Shown in pieces: positions 16,200-24,032 of a DNA stretch of 64,000 nucleotides. The notes below the pieces were generated by a model, which saw only the letters and a list, made by a program, of their open reading frames with translations, did not search any database and had not been told where the DNA came from. Position 1 is the first letter of the stretch. The number at the start of each line of letters is the position of its first letter. The DNA is from Longimicrobiales bacterium (GTDB taxonomy: Bacteria > Gemmatimonadota > Gemmatimonadetes > Longimicrobiales > Gaopeijiaceae): assembly GCA_965116905.1 (NCBI GenBank), contig OZ220732.1:4032001-4096000 (forward strand), given 5' to 3'. Position numbers and translations under genes: made by a program.

Positions 16200-19138
16200 T
16201 GCGGGACACGAGGCCGGAGCACACGTCCATTGCGGAACTCGCCACCAGCGCGGGCGAGTCCGTGCCCTGCGCCGGCAACCTGCCCGTGAAGCTCGACGAC
16301 CCGGACTCCGTCTGGTTCATCGACGAGGGCGCCGTCAATCTGTTCCTGGTCGAATTCAGGGACGGGTTGGATCATGCGGCACCCCAGCACCTGCTCCGCC
16401 GCGAAGCGGGCTGGCTGCTGCCGGGCGTCGCACCCAACGAACCGCACGGGGCGGAAGATACCACGCTCAGCCTGGTCGCCAAGGGATCGCCGGGCACCAT
16501 TCTGAAGCGCCTGCCGGCATCCCTGCTCTCCGAGGTCGATCCGGCGGAGCTGGCGGAACAGACGGAAACCTGGCTGGCCGCGATCACGGACACCCTCTCG
16601 CGCTTTGCGAGTCACCGTCCACGGCCGACGGCGCTGGCCGAGCCCGGTCTGACACGGAGCCTCGCCCCCTGTACGCTCTCCGTACGACGAGGCGTCGTAT
16701 GGGTATCCGAACCCCCACGCGGCGCCAGCCTCTTCATGGACCTGGTCGACCAGGCGGCACTTACCGGAGGGAGCGGCCCGCACGAAGCGCTGATACCGCT
16801 GACGCGGGCAAGCTGGCTCACGCTCTCGGACGAGGTAACGCTCTCGGCCAGTTCGACCGAGACACTGGCACGGCAGGGCACCCTGCTCTCGGCGCTCGCA
16901 TCCTTTCACGCGGTCGCCTTCGCCGTGGAGCGCCTGAACCGCGTACTGGCCGTAGTCGACCACGCGAATCTCGAACGCGCGCGGACCACGAGCCGCTACG
17001 CGGCCGAGAGAACTGCGCGGCAGCGGCTTTTCAACATCTATGACCTGCCGATCGACCGGGACGCGAGTGTCGAGGACACGTCGCTGGCGGACGCGCTGCA
17101 GCCGATCGGACGCCGTGAAGGGATTGATTTCAAGATCCCCGTGCGCCCGGGATCCTCCGGTGCCCCGGTCAGCCTCGTCGACGTCCTCGTCGCTTCAGGC
17201 GTGCGCGCCCGGCGCGTGCGGTTCACGAACGAGGGCGCCTGGTGGCGGGGCGACAGCAACGCGATGCTGGCGTTCCGCGCCGAAGGCGGCCAGCCTGTGG
17301 CGCTCCTGCCGGGATGGTTCGGGCGCTACCGGGAATTCGACCCGGTCAGCAAGCGTAGTGTCCGGATGACGGCGGATCGTGCCGCCGCGCTGGCGGACGA
17401 GGCCTGGGTGTTCTACCGGCCGCTGCCCGAGGGGAACGTGAGGCCGGCGGACCTGCTGAGATTCGCGCTGCGTGGATCGGCCGCGGATCTGGCGCGGCTG
17501 GTGATGGCCGGCCTTCCGGGCGGCCTGATCAAGCTGGTGCCCGCACTCGCGCTCGGGTTCGTCGCAAACCAGACGGCGGGCGGCGGAACCGCCGGAGCGG
17601 TCTATGCCGCGGCCGTGGCGGTGGCGGGCTTCGGCGTGCTCGGCGCCCTGCTGCACCTGCTTCAATCCACGGCGATGACGCGGCTCGAGGGGCGCTCGGC
17701 TTCGCGCGTCGAAGCGGCGTTCTGGGACCGCCTCATGCGCCTTCCGCCAAGCATTCTGCACCGCCATCCGTCGGGCGATCTGGCCATGTCGGGGATGACG
17801 TTCCAGAATCTCCGCGACGGGTTGCAAGGCGTCGTTGCCGACGGCCTGCTATCGATCCTCTTTCTGCTTCCGGTTCTTGGTGTCATCTTCCTCTACGATG
17901 CCACCCTCGGGGCCATCGCCCTCGCCTTCAGCCTGGTTTCGCTCCTGATCACGGTTGTCCTCGGACTGCGCCAGGTTCCCCCCTGCGGGCGGATGATCCG
18001 CGCGGCGCGGCGCGTCTCCGGCCGGTTGTTCCAGATCGTGGGCGGCATAAGCAGACTGCGTGTGGAAAACGCGGAAGCGTCCGCTTTCGCCATGTGGGCG
18101 CGGGACTACCGGGAGCAGAAACGCGCCGAGCTCGAAATGGCCGGGCTCGAGGGACATTCGCGCGCATTCGGCGCCGCGCTCCCCTTTCTTGCCGCCGGGG
18201 TCCTGCTGGCGGTCGTGGCCGTGGGCGACAGGGACCTTCCGGTGGGCGATTTTCTCGTCGTCTACCTCGTCCTCATCGCCTTCCAGTACGCCATCGCCCG
18301 ACTCGGCGAATCCCTTGGCACGGTCGCCGCCATGCTCCCGGGGTTCGACCAGATGCGCCCGCTCCTCGCCGCGGCTCCCGAGACCGAGGCCGAAGGAGCG
18401 CCGGTCGAGTATCTGGGCGGCGACATTCTCTTCGACCGCATTTCCTTCCGGTACGATCCCGACGGGCCGCTGATCCTGGACGATGTCACGATCCGCGCCC
18501 GCCCCGGAGAATTCATCGCGATCGCGGGTGAGTCCGGCGCCGGCAAGAGCACCCTCTTCCGGCTGGCGCTCGGATTCGACCGGCCCACCGCCGGCGCGGT
18601 CTATTACGATGGACGCGACCTGAGGCACCTGAACCTGAAGCAGGTGCGCCGCAGAATCGGCGCGGTGCCGCAATCCGTCGGCCTGCATCCCCTCGATATC
18701 TGGGACAATCTCGTCGGTCACCACGATAAGGTGGCGAGTGACGAGGTATGGGCGGCGGCGCGAGTCGCCAACGTCGAAGAAGAGATCAAGAGCATGCCGA
18801 TGGGCATGATGACCATGGTCGGCACGAGCGGAAGCGTCCTGTCGGGCGGCGAGAGTCAACGTGTCACTATTGCCCGGTCGGTGATCGGCAGCCCGCAGAT
18901 CATGCTCTTCGACGAGGCCACCAACTGGCTGGACAACGAGAGCCAGGCCAATGTCATGCGGAATCTCAACGCCCTGACCTCGACCCGGGTTGTTATCGCG
19001 CACCGCTTGTCCACCCTGGAACAGGCCGATCGCATCTACGTGCTGCAGGCCGGAAAAGTCGTACAGAGCGGCTCCTTCGACGAACTCTTGGAGGGCGACG
19101 GGGTGTTCAGGGAGTTGGTGAAAAGGCAGATCGCCTAG
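16199..19138 (+). CDS. NHLP-system ABC transporter permease/ATP-binding protein (second subunit, no active peptidase)
   Basis: Long N-terminal domain, WWRGDSNAMLAF degenerate C39-like region, TMD, GESGAGKS, LSGGESQR and FDEATNWLD; start overlaps the previous stop. Confidence 0.93.
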   Translation: MRDTRPEHTSIAELATSAGESVPCAGNLPVKLDDPDSVWFIDEGAVNLFLVEFRDGLDHAAPQHLLRREAGWLLPGVAPNEPHGAEDTTLSLVAKGSPGTILKRLPASLLSEVDPAELAEQTETWLAAITDTLSRFASHRPRPTALAEPGLTRSLAPCTLSVRRGVVWVSEPPRGASLFMDLVDQAALTGGSGPHEALIPLTRASWLTLSDEVTLSASSTETLARQGTLLSALASFHAVAFAVERLNRVLAVVDHANLERARTTSRYAAERTARQRLFNIYDLPIDRDASVEDTSLADALQPIGRREGIDFKIPVRPGSSGAPVSLVDVLVASGVRARRVRFTNEGAWWRGDSNAMLAFRAEGGQPVALLPGWFGRYREFDPVSKRSVRMTADRAAALADEAWVFYRPLPEGNVRPADLLRFALRGSAADLARLVMAGLPGGLIKLVPALALGFVANQTAGGGTAGAVYAAAVAVAGFGVLGALLHLLQSTAMTRLEGRSASRVEAAFWDRLMRLPPSILHRHPSGDLAMSGMTFQNLRDGLQGVVADGLLSILFLLPVLGVIFLYDATLGAIALAFSLVSLLITVVLGLRQVPPCGRMIRAARRVSGRLFQIVGGISRLRVENAEASAFAMWARDYREQKRAELEMAGLEGHSRAFGAALPFLAAGVLLAVVAVGDRDLPVGDFLVVYLVLIAFQYAIARLGESLGTVAAMLPGFDQMRPLLAAAPETEAEGAPVEYLGGDILFDRISFRYDPDGPLILDDVTIRARPGEFIAIAGESGAGKSTLFRLALGFDRPTAGAVYYDGRDLRHLNLKQVRRRIGAVPQSVGLHPLDIWDNLVGHHDKVASDEVWAAARVANVEEEIKSMPMGMMTMVGTSGSVLSGGESQRVTIARSVIGSPQIMLFDEATNWLDNESQANVMRNLNALTSTRVVIAHRLSTLEQADRIYVLQAGKVVQSGSFDELLEGDGVFRELVKRQIA

Positions 19139-19265
19139 CAGTCCGTGGATAAACCCACGCGAGCACCGAGAGCGGCGAGGCGCCGGGCCGGATGCATTCG
19201 CCGCTCGAATGCCGCGGGGGTTTGTTCACGGGCTGCCTGATCCGAATCCCTCTCCGGAGACATCG

Positions 19266-20564
19266 ATGAACGGATCGATTGACGCGCACACCCTCGTATC
19301 GAGAGCCGACAAGGACAGCGACTTTCGCGAACGTCTTCTCCGGCACCCCAGGGAAACCGTCGAGAAGGAATTCGGCGTGACGCTGCCGGAAGACCATGAG
19401 ATTCACGTACACGAGGAGACCTATGGCGCGACACATGTGGTGCTTCCGCCGCGGAACAGGTTCAGCGAGGCCGAGCGGGAGGCGGCCAGGACCGGCAGGG
19501 CATCGCTCGAGTATCTTCGGAGTACTCTCCACGATCCCGCACCGCCCCTTCGTTCTCCGGCACCGAAACGAGGCGAAGTCCGAAGCGGCGGGGCCGGCTC
19601 CGAGGCGCTTGCAGAGGCGGCGAGGGAAGGGATCCGCCGAGGGCTTGCCTTCCTGGAATCCACAATCGACGAGAATGGGGCTTGGCACTGCATCCGGTTC
19701 AACGTTGCCGACCCGGACATTCCCAGGCACTTCGAGAGGCCTCCTTTCGTGTCGGCTCTCTGCGCGCTCGCCCTTGAGAGATCCGATGAGCCGCGGGCCA
19801 GGGCGATATGCACGGCGACGAAGGCGTATCTCATCGACACCATCGAGTATCCCGGACTGTGGCGATACTACCGTCACCTGCCCCCGGATCTCGACAGTAC
19901 CTCGCTCTGTGCGATGGTTATCGGGACGCACCCCTGGATCTGGCTCGGACGGAATGTTCCCGGGATACTGGCGAATCGCGACGAGGAGGGCCGCTTCATG
20001 ACCTGGGTGCTGGCGGAAGACGAACCCGATGTCGTGTCGCCGTTTCGCATCGAGGCCGACCCCGTCGTCAATGCGAACGTCATCGCCTGGCTGGGCGACC
20101 GTCCGGAAACCAGGGATGCCCAGCGATGGTTGGAACACCTGGTGACCGATGGGAGCCTGGAGGGCTCGTCGAAATGGTATCCCGACACGATCTCGATCCA
20201 CTATGCGATCGCCCGCGCGACGGTTCGCGCAAAGCCCGCCCTCGAGGCGTTGCGCCCGATGCTCGCAGATCGTATCCTCGGCCTCCGTGACCGGAAGGGA
20301 GGATTCGGCAACGTTCTTCAGACCGCTCAGGCGGTGTCGGCGCTCTACAGTGTCGGAAGCCTCGGGCGCATCGACGTGAAGCGGGAGGTGGAGGGGCTGA
20401 TGAACTCGCAGCGCGGGGACGGCAGCTGGCCGGAGCTGCTCGCGTTCGGCGACCAATCGTTGAAGTGGGGTTTGGTGGGGCAGATCGGGCATGGCTCCGA
20501 GGCCGTGACCTCCGCGTTCTGTATCGAGGCCCTGGAGTGTCTCGTCGAAGGGCTTGGGGCCTGA
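19266..20564 (+). CDS. NHLP-leader-like domain fused to a class II terpene cyclase/prenyltransferase-like alpha-barrel domain
   Basis: N-terminal ~75 aa align by eye with the precursor leader (DSDFRERLLRHPRE...GVTLP...IHVHEE...HVVLPP). C-terminal region has PPDLDSTS (DxDxT), DPVVNANV and QRGDGSW (QW repeat). Confidence 0.75.
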   Translation: MNGSIDAHTLVSRADKDSDFRERLLRHPRETVEKEFGVTLPEDHEIHVHEETYGATHVVLPPRNRFSEAEREAARTGRASLEYLRSTLHDPAPPLRSPAPKRGEVRSGGAGSEALAEAAREGIRRGLAFLESTIDENGAWHCIRFNVADPDIPRHFERPPFVSALCALALERSDEPRARAICTATKAYLIDTIEYPGLWRYYRHLPPDLDSTSLCAMVIGTHPWIWLGRNVPGILANRDEEGRFMTWVLAEDEPDVVSPFRIEADPVVNANVIAWLGDRPETRDAQRWLEHLVTDGSLEGSSKWYPDTISIHYAIARATVRAKPALEALRPMLADRILGLRDRKGGFGNVLQTAQAVSALYSVGSLGRIDVKREVEGLMNSQRGDGSWPELLAFGDQSLKWGLVGQIGHGSEAVTSAFCIEALECLVEGLGA

Positions 20565-20566
20565 GC

Positions 20567-22888
20567 GTGCCCACCGATACGGCGCGCGCGGGCCCACGGC
20601 CCGGGATCCTGGCCCGGACGACTCTCGCGGACCGGGGCATCGTCAAGCTTCCCGCGCTCACCCCGCACCTTCGATTCCACGATATCGGCGAGGGGCGGGT
20701 GCTCCTCGTCTCCGAGTCGTTCAATACGCTGCTGCACGGCAAGCTGTACGGCGACTTGCTGCCGCTGCTCGACGGCCGGCACGCCGGGGACGAGATCGTC
20801 GCGGCCCTCGAGGGCGCCCACGCGCCCACCAACGTCCTGGCGGCCCTGGCCGCGTTCGCCGCCAAGGGGTACCTGGTCTCCGCCGATCACGGGATGGACC
20901 TGTGCCAGGCAGCCTACTGGTCGTCGCTCGGGGCGTCGCCACGCTGGGCCGAGGAGCGGCTGGCGCAGGCGCGCGTCACGGTCGAGGGTGACGACGGCCG
21001 GCTCGCCCGGCATCTGGAGGAGGCCGGCGCCAGCGTGGGAGGCACCGGTCCGGCGCTGACCGTCGTCGTCTGCGCCGACTATCTCGATGCGCATCTCGCC
21101 GAGGTGAATCGGCGCCAGCTCAAGGCGAGAGCGCCGTGGACCCTGGCGCGGCCGAGCGGGATGGAGCCGCTGTTCGGCCCCATCTTCCGCGCTGACGGGC
21201 GGGGGCCTTGCTGGGACTGCCTCGCATGCCGCCTGCGCAGCCACGGGGAAGTCCACGCTTTCCTGCGCAACGTCGCCGGCGAGGAAGCCGCCTTCAGGCC
21301 GTTCGCGGCCCAGCCGGCCGCGCTGGGAGCAGTGTACGGGCTGATCGCGGCGGAGATCGTCAAATGGCTGGTGCTGGATCAGGCGGCCCCGATTCACGAA
21401 CAGGCGATCGCGATGGACATCGCCACATTCACGAGTTCGCAGCACCGGGTCGTGCGCAGGCCGCAGTGTCCGGAGTGCGGCGACGAGGCCCTGCGCCGGC
21501 CGGATCGACCGCCCCTTCCGGTGTCTCTGAAGGCGAGCCCCAAGGCCCATCGCAACAGCGGCGGCGCGCGCGCCGTGCCGCCGGGAGCCACCCTGGCGAA
21601 GTACCGGCATCTGGTGAGCCCGGTCAGCGGCGTCGTCACCTGGCTGTCGCGCACCACCGATGAGACCGACTCCTGGCTGCACGTCTACTGGGCCGGGAGC
21701 AATTCCGGGATGAGAAGCCGAAGCCTGAGTTCGCTGAGGCGCAGCCTGCGCAGCAAGAGCGCCGGCAAGGGCAGCACCCGGCAGCAGTCCAGGGTCAGCG
21801 CGCTTTGCGAGGCGATCGAGCGGCATTCGGGCGCCCGCCATGGGGACGAGATCCGTGTTGCCAGGCGATTCATCGAGTTCGCCGGGCGAGAAGAGGCGAT
21901 CCACCCCAACGATGTGCAGCTGTTCAGCGAGAGTCAGCTCGACGACGCGGAGAGCATCAACGCGAAGGGCCACCCCTACAACATCGTCCCGCCACGTCTC
22001 GATCCCGACGCCGAGATCGATTGGACCCCGGTCTGGTCATTGACGCAGCGGCGGCACCGGTACCTGCCCACGTCCATCCTGTACAGCATGCTGGCCGAGG
22101 AGCGCGGCCCTGCGGACCTGATTGCCGATTCGAACGGATGCGCCGCGGGCAACACCCTTGAAGAGGCGATCCTGCAGGGTTTCTACGAACTGGCCGAGCG
22201 CGATGCGTTCGCCGTCTGGTGGTACAACCGGCTGCAAGTGCCGGCGGTCGATCTTTCCAGCTTCGACGACGAGTACCTCGAATCGGCCGCGGACTACTAC
22301 GGCCGCCATGAGCGGGACCTGTGGATGCTCGACGTCACCTCCGATATCGGCATTCCCACCTTCGTCGCGCTCTCGCGTCGGCCGAACGCCGAAACCGAGG
22401 ACATCATCTACGGCGCCGGCACCCACGCCGACCCGCGGATCGCCGCCCTGCGCGCGCTCTGTGAACTGAACCAGTGCCTCACCTGGCTGCCGCGTCCCGG
22501 GGCGGCGGACGGCCGGCCCAGGATCGACGATCCGCTGGCGCTCCGGTGGTGGAAGACCGCCCGCCTCGCCGAATGTTCCTGGCTGGCGCCGGCGCCGGAC
22601 GAGCCGCTCCGCAGGGCTTCGCAGTATCCGGTGACCGAAGCGGCGGACACGCGCGAAGATGTGGAATACTGCCGCTCGCTTGTCGAAGCCAGGGGCATGG
22701 AGTTCCTGGTGCTCGATCAGACGCGGCCGGATATCGGCATGCCCGTGGCCCGGGTCATCGTGCCGGGCATGCGCCATTTCTGGGCAAGGTTCGCGCCCGG
22801 GCGCCTGTACGACGTGCCCGTCCATCTGGGGTACCGCGAGCACCCGCTCTCCGAAACCGGCCTGAATCCCGCACCTGTGATTGCGTGA
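20567..22888 (+). CDS. srpC: Fused TOMM cyclodehydratase (leader-binding/E1-like C domain + YcaO D domain)
   Basis: GPCWDCLACRL and RRPQCPECG (C domain); SAGKG, SALCEAIER, SNGCAAG and ELAERDA (YcaO ATP motifs); C-terminal NPAPVIA. Confidence 0.93.
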   Translation: MPTDTARAGPRPGILARTTLADRGIVKLPALTPHLRFHDIGEGRVLLVSESFNTLLHGKLYGDLLPLLDGRHAGDEIVAALEGAHAPTNVLAALAAFAAKGYLVSADHGMDLCQAAYWSSLGASPRWAEERLAQARVTVEGDDGRLARHLEEAGASVGGTGPALTVVVCADYLDAHLAEVNRRQLKARAPWTLARPSGMEPLFGPIFRADGRGPCWDCLACRLRSHGEVHAFLRNVAGEEAAFRPFAAQPAALGAVYGLIAAEIVKWLVLDQAAPIHEQAIAMDIATFTSSQHRVVRRPQCPECGDEALRRPDRPPLPVSLKASPKAHRNSGGARAVPPGATLAKYRHLVSPVSGVVTWLSRTTDETDSWLHVYWAGSNSGMRSRSLSSLRRSLRSKSAGKGSTRQQSRVSALCEAIERHSGARHGDEIRVARRFIEFAGREEAIHPNDVQLFSESQLDDAESINAKGHPYNIVPPRLDPDAEIDWTPVWSLTQRRHRYLPTSILYSMLAEERGPADLIADSNGCAAGNTLEEAILQGFYELAERDAFAVWWYNRLQVPAVDLSSFDDEYLESAADYYGRHERDLWMLDVTSDIGIPTFVALSRRPNAETEDIIYGAGTHADPRIAALRALCELNQCLTWLPRPGAADGRPRIDDPLALRWWKTARLAECSWLAPAPDEPLRRASQYPVTEAADTREDVEYCRSLVEARGMEFLVLDQTRPDIGMPVARVIVPGMRHFWARFAPGRLYDVPVHLGYREHPLSETGLNPAPVIA

Positions 22889-22895
22889 GGAGAAC

Positions 22896-24008
22896 ATGGA
22901 TACCGACGCGGCCGTCGCACTGACCCAGGACCGTCTCGCCGAGGAGGGCGACACGATGGGTGAGCTGCTCGGGCACTTCCGAAATCGAATCTCGCCGGTC
23001 CTGATCGGAGATCCGCAGTGGGAGCGCATACTCGAGCGCGCCGGAAAGCTCCCCATCACAATGGGCGCGCTGCCATTCGGTTTCGAACTGCCGCTGCATG
23101 CAAGCGAGCCCAGGGCGGACTTCGGCGTCTCCCTCGCGAGCGGAACGAGAACGGCGGCCTTTTTCCAAGCGCGCGCACGCACCGACGCGACGGATGAGAC
23201 CGCGAGGGTGATCACGCGGCTCTTCGGCCGGATGGAGACGGAAGACTCGCCCCTGCGTGGGATTGTCGGCCGCAAACTGATGCTGGAATACGATATCGGC
23301 TCGGCAGGAGACGGTGAGCGTTCACTTCCGGGAATGTTCCTCCGGCCCGGTGAACGCCCGATTCTCGGCGCCCGCGGCCAGGTGGATGATGTCCGTGCGG
23401 TCGCGGACGCGCTGTTCTCCTGCGCAGGCTGGGAGATGAGCGGCCCCGAGCGCGAGAACATCGAACGGGTCTACCTGGCACAGCCGGGAGACACGCGCAT
23501 GGATTCGTTCGGTGTGTTCCCGTCGCGCTCGCGGTTCATCCGCCTGGCGATCATGGGCTTCAGATCGCGGCACGCGACGTGGTGCTATCTCGAAGACGCC
23601 GGCTGGCCGGGTCATATCCCGGCTGTCGACTCCCTGATCGCGCGCTTCGACGAGCGCGCGAGCATTCGCAGGACCGGGGTGAACATCGATGTGCGGGAGG
23701 AGGGCGTCGGACCGACGCTCGGCCTCACGCTCATCGTCAAGCAACGTTATACGAAGGACTCGCGCTATTGGCTCGACGGCCTGACCGATTGGCAGCCGTT
23801 CCTGGAGGCCCTGGGCCATGAGGACCTTGTCGTTCCGGAGAAGCTCGGGGCGCTTGCCGGCTGGGTCTCGAAGCCGACAACGCTCTTTGGGAAGTCCGGG
23901 CGGTTCGTGCTGCTGCGTGGCATTCACCATATCAAGCTGGTCGTATCCGGAGACCGGCTTCGACAAGCCAAGGCCTACGTGTTCATGGTGCTTTCCGGGG
24001 CGGTGTAG
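22896..24008 (+). CDS. Conserved hypothetical RiPP-associated protein, possible ABBA-fold prenyltransferase
   Basis: GAGGAG RBS directly after YcaO. Alternating alpha/beta pattern with FGFEL..RADF, LEYD, GWPG, NIDV..GPTLGL and HHIKLV..AKAY. Function is inferred only. Confidence 0.5.
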   Translation: MDTDAAVALTQDRLAEEGDTMGELLGHFRNRISPVLIGDPQWERILERAGKLPITMGALPFGFELPLHASEPRADFGVSLASGTRTAAFFQARARTDATDETARVITRLFGRMETEDSPLRGIVGRKLMLEYDIGSAGDGERSLPGMFLRPGERPILGARGQVDDVRAVADALFSCAGWEMSGPERENIERVYLAQPGDTRMDSFGVFPSRSRFIRLAIMGFRSRHATWCYLEDAGWPGHIPAVDSLIARFDERASIRRTGVNIDVREEGVGPTLGLTLIVKQRYTKDSRYWLDGLTDWQPFLEALGHEDLVVPEKLGALAGWVSKPTTLFGKSGRFVLLRGIHHIKLVVSGDRLRQAKAYVFMVLSGAV

Positions 24009-24032
24009 CCCGCCGGCAGCCCGTGGGCGGGA

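Noticed and set aside
19266..19500. A second independent precursor peptide
   Set aside because: There is no stop after the leader-like part; the frame continues into a ~350-aa enzyme-like domain with no Cys-rich core.
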